From Amoebophrya sp. A120 (taxonomy: Eukaryota > Protista > Dinoflagellata), in NCBI GenBank assembly GCA_905178155.1, contig CAJINV010000006.1:3630169-3694168 (forward strand): a stretch of DNA of 64,000 nucleotides, written 5' to 3'. A program made the position numbers and the translations under genes. This document shows, piece by piece, positions 10,020-24,087 of the stretch. A model generated the notes under the pieces. That model was not told the DNA's origin and did not search any database. It saw only the letters and a list, made by a program, of their open reading frames with translations. How positions within the stretch are numbered: position 1 is the first letter of the stretch; every line of letters begins with the position of its first letter.

Positions 10020-13000
10020 TCAAGGTAGGTGAAAACCATCTCCCTGAAACGGCAGGCGAGGGCCCCGCTCAACACCTTGGTGCCGGCCAGCTTGCCGTGA
10101 AGTTGTTGTTCTTCGGAGCCCTCGAGTAGCCCTTGACGTTGTAGTTTCCATATCTCTTTCTTCTGTTGGTGCTAGTACTACATCTTGGTCGACGTGGTCT
10201 GCAGCGCCACGACCACTGCGCTGCTCATCAATATCATCTCCTGCGTCCCTGGCGTCTAGGCTTAGCAGTCCCATCCCCTGCGCCAAGCTCCGGTCCTGAT
10301 CTAGTAGGTGGTCTTCCGCTACTTGCTCTTGCCCGGGCGGGACTACGCCAACTTCTAGGAGTACTCCTTCTGCTGAAGATGAAGCAGCAACAATACCATG
10401 ATTACCACGACGCTCCTCCGCTCGTTCCTCTTCTCCGCGAGGACCGGAGGCCCTCATTTCATCCATTATTTGTTGCTGCGGCGGTCGACGTTCTTGCTGT
10501 ACTTCTAACGCGGTCGTGCTAGCCCGCCGTGCCCGCAGGGTTTCCACTATTCCCAGTGCATCCATCAGGAGTTCGCTGTCCGGGTCCTCTGTTCCAACAA
10601 ACATAATATTGCCGAGGCGGTTGATATGGAAGCGGGTCAGGATCGAAATCGACAAAGTCGAATGAATCTGCAATGCACACAAAATAAATGCGACGCAAAA
10701 TAAAGCGACTCTATTGCAGAGGATGCGAGGAAGGCGGATTATAGTCCTGGTAAGGGTCAAGAGCAGTTGGGCTGCTGACTAGCATAACAGACAGGAGCCC
10801 TTTTGTTGCCCTAAACCGCGCGACAGACTCGGTTCCAGGACGGGGAAGATTTGTCGCGCTGCGACTACACACTGTTGGTCTAAGAACTTTAACTGGCATC
10901 GATTTTGCGCATCACAAATTTTTCGATCTTGTCGAAGATTTCGATCCTGACGCTTTCATAGTTGATCTCCGCACGAGCCTCGTGGCGGTGCCGTTGGGTA
11001 ACAGTAAGCTCCGAGACCATCTCCTCCCAAACTCCGCGCGTCAATTCGTTTCCAAACACCACTTGTCTTCTTTCCACTCTTTTCTTCAAAAATCCGCGTC
11101 GCAGCAGGATGTCGTTCAAGAGGTACGTATAAGCGACGTCTTTGACGCACCCGGCGAAGAGACAGGCCACGCAGTTGGTGTTTAGTGCGGGTTCTGCCAC
11201 GATTTTGTCACAGGTAAGGTCCAAGCGGCATACCTCTGCTGCTTCGCACCCAAATCGCCAATTCTCCTTGCAATGCGAGGTACCAAGACCGTAGGAGTAA
11301 CAGGCGGGATGGTTATGGAATGGAAATTTCTATTGCCGTAGCTAGCCTAACAACGCAGACAAAATGGCAATGCAAATTCTGTCATTCTGTTTAGTACAAG
11401 CATGCTGTGGTTGAGACTTGTCATGCTGAGTGTTCTTTGGAATAGACCCAAAAGCGTCATGATATTTTTTATCAGTATTTACGTACGTCTGATGTCCTTG
11501 CTGTACGGTAAAAAATCTTCCTGCGGATAAGCGTGATTCCGCGCACAGCAGAGACTGCTGCAAGCACAATTGATGTTATCGCAGCAGGCAGAAGTGCACG
11601 GGCCGTGAGTGAGTTTCCTGCTTCCACAACCTTCGACTTCCTCGGAACAGTAGTGTCTGCAATTTGGGACGCGGGAGCCGCAACACCTGCTGCTCTGTTC
11701 TGCTCTTTCAATAGCTTCGCTTTCTAACTCCGAGAGTGTTTTTTCAAAGTTAGCGTCTTGACCTGCTTGATGTCCTTGCTCCCCGACCTCCTTTGATGAT
11801 GCGTCGTATCTTACACCGCTCAAACTTTCCGGCACGCAACAGAGCTTCTCAAAAATCTTCTTGTTTCCGCACGACAAACTCTCCGCACAACCTGTCACAT
11901 CGTCCCCCAAGAACCGAAACCGGAAGCTGTTCGCGGTCAATTGGAAGGTGAGCAGTGCCTCTAGTTCCTCGGTTAGCGCGAGCAATGCTGGCTGGAGCTG
12001 GTCGATTTGACGGTTTGTTAAAAGCCTACGCCCGTTTTGATGGTCGTGAGCCGGAGCTGTTCTTGTCGTGGCGTGGTCGTGGCTCTCTTGGTACTGTCGC
12101 TCGTCCCCTTGATGCGCGGCAGAAGATGCTGGTGGAGCAACAGTAGAAATACTAGCAGTAGGAGCAGATGACCACGCATCTGGGTCTTGTAATATTCTTG
12201 AAGCCTGCTCCGGCGTTGGCCATAAATCGAGAGCTTCTGTTGTGCTATCTGTTGATGGAGGCATTTCCTGACTTGAAGATGCGCGACCCCGAGGACCTCC
12301 TCCTGCTTCTGTCGAAGGAGGTGGTCTTGCTCTTCTTCCTCCACGACGAGATGCTCTTGAAAAACCTCTTCGTCTTCCAGCCAAGCTCCGCAACGATTCG
12401 TCCACATTTCCAGTCTGCCGGGAAGCAACATCCCGAATTAACACTTGTTCTCGTTCTCTCTCATCCACATATGCATTGCAAAAGCGTCTGGGTCTGGAAA
12501 GGTCGAACCTGTATTGCGTGTCTCGCATGTCTGAAAAATTTGTATTGCATAAGCAGCAAATCAAGCGCCGCACTTTCGTCATGCAGAAGCGCAGTTTGTA
12601 ATGCGTTCTGCGCATGAGAAAGTGTTTGAAAAATTTGTCATGCTGCGCTGCACTTAAAAGCACAGTCAATCATGACCATTCAGCATTACAAGTTTCCAGA
12701 CCCAGGCATATTTGCATTTGATACCACATGCGGGTACACGACTTTTCCCATCTCCAAGGTGTTCATTCTAGACACAACAGCCTTGTTCCCAAGATTCGGA
12801 GAACTGCAACAAGAACTGCTGCATCTTCCCTGTCCTTCGTTTTCTAAACAGTACAAATCCCTTCTTTCAATGTACTTCCAGTGATTGAGCCAGGAAAACG
12901 TATTTTCACCGTTCGAAGACGTGTATTTCCCCGGCTCGAAGAGCGGCGTCACGCACGCACAGAGGCAGCAAGCAAGTGGGCAGTCAGTGGACGAACACCA

Positions 13001-16000
13001 CGAGTCCTCGCCGTTAACCGGATGGTCGTTGCAAGGCGCTAGACACTGTTGCCGCAGGGAAATTTGCGGATCACTCTCCGTCGGCATCTCCGCGAAACCC
13101 GCGGCCGCCGCGTGGGCGTCATCAACGGCAGTCGAGGGCTTTAAAATAATTCCCGGGCAGCAGCTGGGACCGCTACAAACGCGGTCGCACCAGTTGTCTG
13201 GTAAGGCGGGTAGATGGTTCTCGACAGTAATCCGCTTTCGGGATTTCTCGCATTCATCTTTTTCCCTTTGGGTTAGAGATCTCGAGGTCCTGAACCGCTG
13301 CTCGCGCCGGCCCCGCTCCTCGTCATGGAGATGGCGAAAGTGGAGGCTTGTTATGGAACATTGCAAATATGTCCGGATCTTCATCTGGAAGATGAGTGCA
13401 GGAGGGTGTAGTTTCGGCCACACAGATGCTGAATGCCCCACCAGGACTGCTGGAATGCAGACTATCATGTTGGCATCACAGGTTTCATACATTCGCAGAA
13501 CTTTGCGATGCATATGTCGAATGAGACATACCGATCTTGCAGCAGGGCCAAAAAAAAGAGACATGTTGTGCTACCCGCGCAAGACAAATTTTTGTGCGTT
13601 CTAGTACAGGACGCATGACAAGTTGTAACCTTGCTTCGTGATGTTGACCCAGACATATTTGCAAAAATCCGTGGATACCCATGCCATCTGTGCTGTCGCA
13701 GGGAAACATGTGGCCGAACCCGGATTCGCGGTTAGACGAATGGTTTTGAAAAAGACGACGGCTTCGCCCTTGGCTGGCTTGGGAACCGAAGGAGAGGAGG
13801 TTAGTATCGGCTTGCTGGGAAGATGATGATAATCCTCTTCTTGTTGACCTCCGAGAAGATGATCTTGCTGAGGACTCCTCCCGTCGCCCAGTCTCGACCT
13901 GCTCACCACGACGAGAACCTTCAGAGTCGCTAAGAGTCCTGCTGCTTTGATGTTCCCCTTCTCGTTGCTCACCGTCACCCTGAAGACTGCGACGGCCTGG
14001 TCTTGCTCCGTTGCGCGAGGAGCTACTTCGCCGACGACGCGTACTAGTACTATGCGAAGATCTACTCCCGTGGTCTGCTGTTCGGCGACGGTCGTCAGCA
14101 CCAGCAGCACTCTCATCTGTAGGGCGTCCTACCACTGTACTTCTTGGCATCATTTCTACCTGCGCAGGAGCGGCTTCGACAGGTTCTTGTCGTGATGTTT
14201 CATCAGGAGTTTGTTGTCCAGAGCCCCCTGCTCTATTTTGTTGCGACAAAATTCGAAAACCTCCGTTATCTATCATCTCTTTCACCGCAGGCACCACACC
14301 GCAGCCGGTTTTTGCCATGTCGGCGATTTTCGCCACAACGTCGTCATTTTTCACCGTCAACCACAGTGCTTCCTGCAAGGACGGGCAGTCGAGGAGACCA
14401 GATCCCCGGACGGACGGCATTTTGGCGACGTCGGAAAGGCATGAACTGCAAGAGTATCGCACTCGTAGTAATCGCAGTCATGCATGACAGATCTCCATCC
14501 CAAGGTAAAACAGCATGACAGATCTCACTTGTCATGGTGGGCTAATTTGTCATGCGATTTCTACTAGTACGATACTTTTGCAGGTCGTAAAAGGAAAGCG
14601 CGGTCCTCGTCGTGGTGGTTGACGACGTGCTGTGTCCTTTGGGTGGAAAAAGCCCCTTCATCACGACCCTGCTGCTGTCCAACGGCCGGACCTGCAGCTT
14701 CGTCTTCTACTGGGCCTGCGCCTGCGGCCGACGATGCTACAACACGTACATCACTCCCCTCCAACTGCACCGCCAGCAGCTTTTTGATCAGTTGAACCCG
14801 TCTTAACAAGCGGACTAAGAATCTTTGCGAGTTCGCGAAATTCATCTCTTTCAGTGTGAATTTGGTGTGCTTTTTCACGTGTGGGTTCCTGTGTGGAGCA
14901 GAAGATGTTGTTGACCCGATTGTGTCCATGGTCTGTTGTGATGGCGCAGCGACTTCTACGCCGGCGGCTCTCGAGGACGATGGTCGTTGAGCAGGGTAGT
15001 TGCCGGTGCTAGAGTAGCTTGCCTCGTCGTACTCTTGTTCCCGGTCGGTCATGCCAACATCTTGTAGTAATGGACTGACGCTGCTAACGTGCTCCGACGA
15101 GGCAATCGAAGCTGAGCTGCGGTCAGTAGAAGCTCCTGCTGAGGACCTTGTATAATTTCCAGGAGGTTGTGTCTGATGCTGCTGTTGACCTCTCACCAAA
15201 CTTTCTTCCTCACAACTGACGTGGTCCTCCCGCGGCGTACCAGCCGTTCGCTTCCTCGTCTCCCGAAAATCGTCGTGGGTGACTGGATGTTGAAACAGCT
15301 CCAACACCCTACTCCGAAGATGTTGAGCTTCGCGTTGTTTGTCGTTGTCTGCATCCTGTTCTTCTAGCTCGTTTGTTGCAGCACGAGATGTACCTCTACG
15401 AGTCTCAACACCAGAAGCTCGCTGTGCAGCCTGTGCCACCCGCCCGGGGACCTCTGCCAAACCAGCACCTGCGACAGTAGAATGAAAGTGTGCTGCTCCC
15501 GTAATTTGAATTTCGTCACTTGACGCAGTAAAACTGGCCAGCATCTGCAGCATGGTCGAATACGCGTTTGTGTTGACCCAGTTCATCGGCTATCAAATGC
15601 AAATATGTCTGGGTCTGGAAGAATGCAAGTTTGTCATGCTTGTCTGGCATGACTCGAGTGTCTGTGTTGCATAGGCACGAAAAGGGACTCTTACCTGTCA
15701 TGCAAGAACGCAGTTTGCCGTGCGGGACACGTAACACATGACAGCCAGAAAATTTGTCATGCATAGCTGCGCATTGCAGTGCGTCTAGCATCCCTTTTTA
15801 GCATTACAAGTTTCCAGACCCAGACATATTTGCAGTGCATACTGGTGTGCTTACCAGCTCGTTCTTATGCACATCCTCCGTGTTCACCACATTGGCCGTC
15901 CGCGGCCCGCTCGAGCAAGGGGCCCAGTAGGCACGGTTTGTTCCGCAGAAAAAGTCCGAGGAAGCTTGCATGCAGGACTGCGTAGATGCACAACAAAAGG

Positions 16001-16889
16001 ATCCGTCGTCTCCTGTATTGCTAGATCTCCTTCTAGAAGATGATCCTCCTCTTCTTCTCGGGAGATCATCATTACTCGAGACCACGTTGGGCTCGTCGCT
16101 CGATGGTGAACCTGAAGGGCCACGAGATGCAGCTCCTGCACTTCTGCTCCTACTTCTACGTGCTGATGACCCAACACGACTCTGCGGCTCCGAGGATCCA
16201 ACACGACTCTGGCTTGTTCCCCCAGCCTGTACTTGCGTTTGTTCCCTTATTTGTGGTCTTCTCTGTCCCCGCGACCGCCGTTGTTCCCGCCTTTGCTGCC
16301 TCGCTAGAGATCTCTGTCTCTCTTGCTCTTCTCGCATCCACTGTCTTGTTTCGTGCCTCAGCCGCAATCGCTCCTGCGGGTCCGGGCCGTGCATTTCGAA
16401 GACTTTGTCCGCTTCGGCTGTTTTCACCACCAGCATGACCTCCCACATCAGGGTCGCTAGTTCCTGTCTTAAGTGGTTCAATCGCTGTTTATTCATCTTC
16501 TCTTTACCGTCAACATCTCGGCCTTGTGTAGTTTGCTGGGCCGCTGCTGCTCCTGCCAATCTCGCACCCTCAACCGCGTGCTGGATCCGAACTGTGGCCG
16601 CTGGCGCAGTTTCGTTATGACTATCCTGCTCCGGGAGCAGGCGTTGCCATCCCTGGTGCCCACGACTGGGGAATGGCACGGGAAGCCGTTCGCCACTGAT
16701 CAAGTACGAGGAGGCAGGAGGAGCAGCCTGTGTGCCGCAGATGTTGAGGGAGAGTTGTGTGGAAAAAATGATGTAGTTGAAAGTCGTGAGTAGCGCCAGG
16801 GTGGTGGTAGAGTAGTAGTTGCAGCTGCTCCGTCGCGGCCGCTGCCGACTGGGCGGCCCACGAGAGTGATTATTGCGCCGTACCAGCAT
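10020..16889 (-). CDS. Multi-exon Cys-rich protein with N-terminal hydrophobic signal/anchor, unknown function; paralog of 27140-34789
   Basis: ORF pieces join in frame after removing 5 elements (AFL|SDV, YPHV|DER, EIN|RLG, MG|LHF, STP|xNW). The junction near 11330-11490 is unresolved, so this could be two genes. Confidence 0.65.
10625..10960. mobile_element. Introner family C
   Basis: TIR TATGGAAGCGGGTCAGGATCGAAATC; DR GTTGA; in-frame join. Confidence 0.9.
12470..12723. mobile_element. Introner family A
   Basis: TIR core TGCAAA..GTCTGGGTCTGGAA; DR CCACA. Confidence 0.9.
13352..13677. mobile_element. Degenerate introner family A
   Basis: TGCAAATATGTC / GACATATTTGCA; DR lost; frame restored by removing 5 extra nt. 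Confidence 0.65.
14440..14589. mobile_element. Introner family B
   Basis: TIR core TGCAAAAGTATCGYACT; DR AAAGG. Confidence 0.9.
15591..15841. mobile_element. Introner family A
   Basis: TIRs clear; DR diverged (TCGGC/CTGGT). Confidence 0.85.
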
Positions 16890-17911
16890 CTTTTTCTGGC
16901 TTGCTTTTATTTGAATTTATATTTGTGTGACGATCTTCAAGATTGAGCCTCGCAGCGCTGTTCAGTTGTAAATTATCACAAGTTCTTGTGTTTGGTATCT
17001 ACCTTTTACAGGCCGTTGTTTCCTAGAATGGTGGTAGTAAACTTGTGCAGATCTTTGATGTCTTTCAGGTTTTACTTTTTTTGCTACGCTAACTTAAACT
17101 TATGTGAGAATGAAATTGCCGTAAGAAATGCAGAGCCTGGAAATTGCCGAATCAAGGGAAAAATCCTACTTTGGAAAATGCAGTTAGAAGCACTTCTTCA
17201 TGCGTAGTTTTATTGTTTTTGTTTTTGTAATTTGCTCGATGACCATCGCACCATTATCCTCTTAATTTTTTTTTTTTCTTCACGACCTGAATTTCCTCGA
17301 TCACCAACACACTAAAGAGCGAAGATTTTTAGCTGTCTGAACCTGATCCAAATTCATTTATCCGGACGATCATTTGTTTGGTGATCGCAAGCGACAAAAT
17401 CAGAACCAAGAAGACCGAGAGCTTGCTTCAAATTTTCATCGCAAAAATGTGAAACAAGAACCATGAAGATGTTGATGCGCTTTCTCAACACATTTTTTCC
17501 GAATTTACAAGCAGAGCCACGATGAGGACTAATCCCTGGATGCCGATTTATTAAACGCTAGTGTCTATTGGCACCGGGAGTGGTTTGGATCCAGATGAGA
17601 ACTTTGCTGCGCGTCAATACACGTGGTCTATAAAAACATGAGTACACGACACGTCGCACGGTCAGTCACGGGCTGTCTCTTTGTCCTTTTCATGACCCCA
17701 ACCGCATAAACATCTGCAAAAAGCAGGAAGTTGGTCTATTTTCTTCCTCATATCTTCTTCAATCGAACTTCAAGGAGCTCAACAACTTTGCATTTCTTTA
17801 TTCTTTGCTTACATTCCTTCGCTATCGACGTCCTCACGATTGGTTGTATAATAACTTGGTCGAATTACATTCTTGTAATACGCTAAAATTATAATATGAA
17901 GTTACTCTTAA

Positions 17912-20900
17912 TTAAACAACATCCTTGGGGGCGGAGGTGCTACTGTTCTTCTCTTCAATGTGCTGCTTCTCGATTTCGATTTCCTGTGGGTCAGGAAAGA
18001 TCCCACGCTCAATTTCTTCTTCCAGCACCTCAAATTCGATCTTTTTCTTCGTGGCCCGGTCAAAAAAGCTGGCAAAGGATTTCCATTCCTGCCCTTTGGG
18101 AACCTCTCCTTGGGCATAGGGACTGCGGTAGGCGTGCTCTTCGGTCGCGCCATACATGAAATCCCGCCGCACAAGCTTGTGTCTGTTCTCCTTGTGCCAA
18201 CCCTCGGCTCGGCCCCAGGCAATTATGCATTGCAAAAGCATCGCACTCGTTCTCGTAGTAATTGCAGTCACGCATTACAAATCTCGTCTCCCAGGCAAAT
18301 CAGCATGACAAATTCCATTAAGTCTCATGCTGAGCGAATTTGTATTGCAGTTACTTCTAGAAGTACTAGTACTCTTGCAAAGCATAGCGATGGACTGCTG
18401 CCAACTTGCGGAACTGGATTCACCGACGCTGTCAGGTGAGCGACTCGTCCGCGTCTCTCCCGACGGCCCTCGGTGGACGGTCGTCTTTGTGACATCTCGA
18501 AAAAAATTGCGCAGCTCGGCCCTTGCCCCGCGGAACGGCGCGACTGTGTTCATCCCCGACTGTGCGACGTCGTCTTCGACTTTCTTTTATGAATTGCAAA
18601 AATGTCTGGGTCTGGAAAAATGCCAGGTTTGTCATGCATATTGTCCATGACCCAGGATGTCTGTGATGCACGACCTAGCGTCACAGATTTTTAGAGGGGT
18701 TCCTGATGCGTATTCCGCTTAAATGCCCTCTCCGCGTAACACAAAGCGGACTTCTCTTGCGGGTCATGCAAGACAGATTTTTTTAGACTCCAGAGACAGC
18801 ATGACAAGTTGCAACCTTCCAGACCCAGACAAATTTGCACTTGATATCTTTTCCCCGCGGGGACCTCGAGATCCGAACTCTTCCACAATTCTGTCCACCT
18901 CCACCGGGCCGCCGCGGCGCACCGCATTAGAACGTATGCAAGAAAAAAAACTGTGTAAGTGTAAATTTGTGTTGCAGAACAACACGCAGCAGAGTTATAC
19001 CTGTCATGCCAGACAGCCATGAAGCCCTCTTTTCATGTGTGTTTTGCCTTGCAAGCCACGCATGACAGGTTTTCTCTGTCATGCAGAGCAAATTTGTGAT
19101 GCTGTTCCTGAAAGAAAGTTACACTTACACACTTTTTTTTCTGGATAGAACGGGGGCCACCACCACCACCACCACCGCCACGCTTGCTCTCACCCGGGGG
19201 AACAGAAGGGGTAATATCGCGTTCGCCACTGTGCAGATGGAAATCTGCGGGAATGTAAGTCACGGAACTGAAGTCCAGTGCCGCGACATTGTAATATGGA
19301 AGATGCTATGAACTGCAAAAGTATCGTACTCCTATAACATGCATTACAAATTCCCTCAGCATGAGAAATGAAATTTGTAATGCGGATTTACCTTAAGAAT
19401 GAGATTTGTAATGCATGATTGCAATACGAGTACGATACTTTTGCACAGGATAGATGCTCGTGAGGAGCAGCTGCACCACCAGCTTCCTCGCTTGTTCTTG
19501 TGATAACTTGCAGGTTGCCGGCGTGGCTATGGGAGTGTCAGGATCGAAATCGTCAAAGTTGAAATAGTTTGTCATGCATAAAATGCAACGCAGAGATTGC
19601 CTCTATTGCAGAGGACGCAAGGGAGGCAGATTGTAGTGCTGTTAAGGGTCGAGCATTGCCCGGCTGATTAGCATGACAGAGGGGAACCTCTTTTCCCTAA
19701 ACAGCATGACAAAGTGGCTTCCGGCACGGACAAAATTTGTCATGCGCCGACTAGAAACTGTGGGCCAAATTGGTATCGATTTTATGCATTACAAGTTATT
19801 TCAACTTTGACGATTTCAATCCTGACACTTCCATAGTGGCAGCCGGGAAAGTACAAGCCATTGCGATGCATCACGCGAAAGTGCCTCACAGAGTCCTTGT
19901 AGAGCCGTTATCCAAGAAAAAAACATTGTAGGTGTAACTTTTTTGGAGGAACAGCATTACAAATTTGCCTGGCATGACAGCAAAAACCTGTCATGCGCAG
20001 ATAGCACGTGAAAACGCCCTTTAAATAATGGACCCTACGATGCATGCCAAGCATGACAGACGCAATCATCTTGCATGTTGCGCATCACAAATTTACACTA
20101 ACAACGTTTTTTTCTTGCGATAGCCGTTTCATGAGGTCTACTAGCCCTTCGTCTGTGCTGTGCTCGTGCGCAAACTGCCACAACGGCTGGTGGTTGATCT
20201 GCGGAACCGCGGGCGCGAGCTCGAGTCTGCAGGACCATTGTTCATCTGAGACGTGCACAAGCGACGTTCCCAAAAGCGACACCGCTACAGGTGCCAAGTT
20301 CGGCTGGTAGAGGTCTTGGAAAAATTCGGCGTGTGTGTGCTGTGCCTCCGTCGCACGTGGTGCCGTCGCTGGCGTGTCGAGGTGCTCCTGGTTGGTAAGG
20401 GCCCGCGTGACAGCTGCAAATCCGAAGTACGACGTCTTGGCGATGGCGGTGACCTGTGCCGGAAACTCGCTCTCTGATGTTGGATCGCAAGGGCATTTAC
20501 CTTCACAGACCAAGTTGTACCAACAGTCTATGTTGTTGTCTCCGGTCGTGCCGTAAAGACCTTGCTCAAGGCCGATCTTTACGAAGACCGGCTCGCCGTC
20601 GTCTTGCTCCGTCGGGCCGCTCTGCCCTCGGGAGACCCGCTTCATACGTGCGCGTTGATGTGTCCACCCATACTGCTCGCTCGGGGCCGACGCCCCGTTC
20701 ACGTGAAAGCCCGGGCGACCTTCCTTGTTGCGAACCCGAAAGTCTGGCGGCCCGGTGAGCACCACGTGATAGTCCGTTGCGGGCGGGTAAAAGTCACTAG
20801 GTACCCCCGGAAACTCCCGCGGCCCCGCCTGCGCTTGGAAAATGACCTTCAGCTTGTGGTCCGACGGCCAATTCAGCATGTCTTCTGGTGCCTTGTTGCT

Positions 20901-21958
20901 CCTGATCACGGTTGTTCCGGGCGCAGCCGCAGCATCTTCAAAACCCGGGGTGTCCAGCCATGTGTGCGGGCTGCACAGGTCCAACTTCCATCGGTCCTGG
21001 CAGTCGTGAACGCACGAAGACGAAGTAGTTGCATCGTACTGCCCGGTATCCTGTGCAAAAGTATCGTACTAGTAGAAATCGCAATACAAAAAATTGGCTT
21101 AGCATTTCAAATGGAATTTGTAATGCTGATTTGCCTTAACAACTAGATTTGTAATGCCAATGCGTAACTGCAATTAGGACGAGTACGATACTTTTGCAAT
21201 GCATACCCGGTACCCGGCATCCCCTGAGCACCGACGTACTGTGCGAGCAGGCCCGCCTGGTCTTCCCGCGCCTTGATTGTAACAGTTTTCGTTGACGTCT
21301 CGTCGGAAGATTTTTGTAGTTCTACTTCTTGTCGCGCGTAGCTGATTTTCTTGTTTCTCTTCGTGGAAGTCCTGGTCCTCTCGGACACGGCGAGGAAGGA
21401 GGTCGTGAAGGGGTCGTGCACAAGGGAATGAGAAGTGGAAGTACTTCTAGAAGACCTGGTTGCCATTCTTGCCATCCTGCTCCGCGTATTATTCATCTTC
21501 GTCAAATTAAGAAAATCGTAGTCACCGCCTCCGAAGTCACTCGCGAGATGAGCATCTTCTTCATTTTTCATCCGGAAGGCAAATAAGTCATGAGAGGTTG
21601 GAAACATAATTTCATCACCTCCTCCTCCGTGCAACAAGGACAACTTCTCGCCACACCATGACCACACGACCCCGGCCAACATTTTTGTCCCTAACAACGA
21701 GCCACCGGCGCCAAGGACTTCATCTAGGTAAAACCAGAGGACCCACACGGCGAGGAGTAGAGTTAGAAACGACACTACGAGGCGGGCCCGTCTTGTGGAT
21801 CCTTCCACTGGTGCAGCAGCTTCTGCAACTCCGGGTACAGCCTTCAAGAGAAACATATAGTTGGTCTTCTTGGTATTATAATCAGGCGAAGGTGCTGCAG
21901 GACCTCCGACTTGCACTCGGTCCTCCTCGCGAAATTCTTTTATTCTTGGGGAATTCAT
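17912..21958 (-). CDS. 8-exon single-TM protein with degenerate protein-kinase-like motifs
   Basis: All 7 junctions are in frame from ATG 21958 to TAA 17912. TM segment LVVSFLTLLLAVWVLWFYL. Motifs VFVKIG, MHRNGLYFPGCHAGN, AALDFS. Confidence 0.75.
18224..18386. mobile_element. Introner family B
   Basis: DR GCAAT/GCGAT. Confidence 0.85.
18588..18846. mobile_element. Introner family A
   Basis: DR TCTTT. Confidence 0.92.
18935..19147. mobile_element. Introner family D
   Basis: TIR TATSCAAGAAAAAAA..TGTAAGTGTAA; DR GAACG. Confidence 0.92.
19307..19452. mobile_element. Introner family B
   Basis: DR GATGC. Confidence 0.92.
19528..19835. mobile_element. Introner family C
   Basis: DR GTGGC. Confidence 0.92.
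19909..20122. mobile_element. Introner family D
   Basis: DR GCCGT. Confidence 0.92.
21047..21205. mobile_element. Introner family B
   Basis: DR CCCGG. Confidence 0.92.
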
Positions 21959-21999
21959 CGCTACGGCTACTCTTGCTTGTGAGATCCTTATACAACTTA

Positions 22000-22826
22000 C
22001 TTAGCAGTTATAACTTGGAGGGGAACAAGTCGTTGTTTTTCTCGGGGATCATGGGACGATAAAGGGGTTTTTCATACATAGGTTGATGCCACCTGCCGAG
22101 ACGTTTACGATTTCACATGTGAGCAAGCTGGCGAGACGCAGGTCAAGAAACAAGAACCGAAACCGATGAAGATGTTGAACGCATTAATCACTAACAATGC
22201 GAGTAAAACAGCACCAACAACTACTTCACCATCACCGCCTCACGAAACCGACAACAGAGGTACTATTATTGAAAAGTAAAATGCCAAAAAGAAGTTTGAA
22301 TAGAGCACAACTGTACGGTTTGAATATACCACTCACGTGAACCGACACAAACATCTGAAGGTGATGAAGAAAGAATACCGAGAGGAGCATGACGACCACG
22401 AGAGGTTCTAGCACGATCAAATGCATGAACCAACACGTTAACTCAACCGAATTATAAATCTATTTTCACACACGAAACGGAAGACGTCGAACGGACCGAA
22501 TTGTGAACCTTCACACACATCACGATAGCGTGGTCCCCTGAAGACGTCGAAAGGACCGAACTGTGAACCTTCATGCACTTGATGAGGACCGAAGTAACTC
22601 TACCATTTTGTACTTGTTGTAGTGGCTCGCTGTAATTATACAAAAACTCGTTTTGTAATGGAGGACGCACGACGCTCATGCGGCGCGTCTTCACGGAAGA
22701 CCAAGGAAATCTGAACAGATAAGTACTTACTTCTTACACAAAGTGCGGCGACGGACTCTGTAGTTGTTTCTGCAGCGGCTATGTCTGACTGTCACACGAT
22801 TCGCATCAACACGACATCGATCTTGA
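22000..22826. repeat. Duplicated non-coding upstream block, copy 1
   Basis: Colinear with 24088-24868 (CTTAGCAGTTATAACTTGGAGGGGAA ... TCGCATCAACACGAC). Confidence 0.9.
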
Positions 22827-23429
22827 ACATACTCTTCTCTCCTGAGCAACGAGCTTCAGCTTTCCGTCACACGAAATCCGCTATAATGCATGCGGTCGAT
22901 GCGCAGCCACCAGTAGCAGGCGCGCCCTGTTGTAGAAATCATCGGGCGAGGACTCACAGAAGTCGCGTAGCGTACCTACGAACATTGGCTCATCGCAAGC
23001 GTCCACCGATAAAAACACTCACTACAGGACTTTAGCTACAAACCGCCGTAGAGTTGACACCACCAGCAGGGGCGTCCTGGTGAGAGGATTGCGCATTCGC
23101 CTCTCTAGTTAGGGTTAGTCTACTGATGAATTTACTCTGTTCGACATTATCGCCTTAGAATTCCCTTTTTCGACCCCTCAGTATCATGATCGCCTGGACT
23201 GGGAGACTTTCAACATTGCTGATGAAGGAAGATCTATCTATCTATCGCGCGAGGAGACTTTTAGAACTTTAGGTGGTGCGCCCCGCCCTTCGCAGCTCGC
23301 ACTTCTGATGGTGAGACGCGCGGGTTACGCAGCCTATGTTGCTGTTTCGCAGGCCAGAAATTACAATATAATGTAAAAAGACAGAAGGAGAGGGTAAAAA
23401 AATAAAAGGAAAGAAAAGGATCTAAAACG

Positions 23430-24032
23430 CTAATTGTTCATTTTCTTGTCTTTGCTTGCTTTCCTCGATGTAGAAGAAGTAGAGGCTGTTTGTCTTGCTG
23501 TGCCGTACCCGTAGCTGGCCTCGGTTACTATTTGTCGCGCGACTTGCATCAATAGCTTATGGTCAGGCTTAACCGGAATTTTCGTGTCCGGGGGTTTTAC
23601 ATCCTTATACGTGGTTGTACAAGCTAGGCCCAACACACTGCTCCAGCTCTCCAAGCAAGTCGTCGTTGTATCTCCCTCCTTCCTTTCGCGCAACTCACAG
23701 CGCGCCGGCTCTCCTCCCTTTTGTCCCGGAATGCACTTACACGGCCCCGCTGAAAGGATTCCCGGAGCCCAACACTTGTGGGGAGCGAAGGCGTCCGCCG
23801 GGGGCTGCTTCTGTGTAAACGCGCTCGCCGTCTTGTCGGCTTCGTTGTCACCCATCGGAGTGGAGCCGTCAGCGGATTGAGACCCGCGCCAGCTGCCGGC
23901 CTTGGCGTCCCCGTTCGCCAGGGTGTCCACCTCCGTGGTGCCCGCCACGCTGGACGGGTTAATCGCCTTCACCAAGGCGATCGGCCCCCCCCCCGCCACA
24001 AACAAGCTGGCCTTCTTCATCATCTGCGTCAT
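23430..24032 (-). CDS. Hypothetical 200-aa protein with a small Cys cluster
   Basis: ATG-TAA ORF with codon-like composition, same orientation as neighbours, and an upstream block shared with the previous gene. Confidence 0.55.
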   Translation of the reverse strand: MTQMMKKASLFVAGGGPIALVKAINPSSVAGTTEVDTLANGDAKAGSWRGSQSADGSTPMGDNEADKTASAFTQKQPPADAFAPHKCWAPGILSAGPCKCIPGQKGGEPARCELRERKEGDTTTTCLESWSSVLGLACTTTYKDVKPPDTKIPVKPDHKLLMQVARQIVTEASYGYGTARQTASTSSTSRKASKDKKMNN

Positions 24033-24087
24033 TTTGGAACGCGAAGGACAATAGGAGCTTGGTACTTACACAAGAAAGCGGCTACTT

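Noticed and set aside
11330-11490. Probable intron with an octamer remnant
   Set aside because: I could not find TIRs or a GT-AG pair that restores the frame, so it is not called
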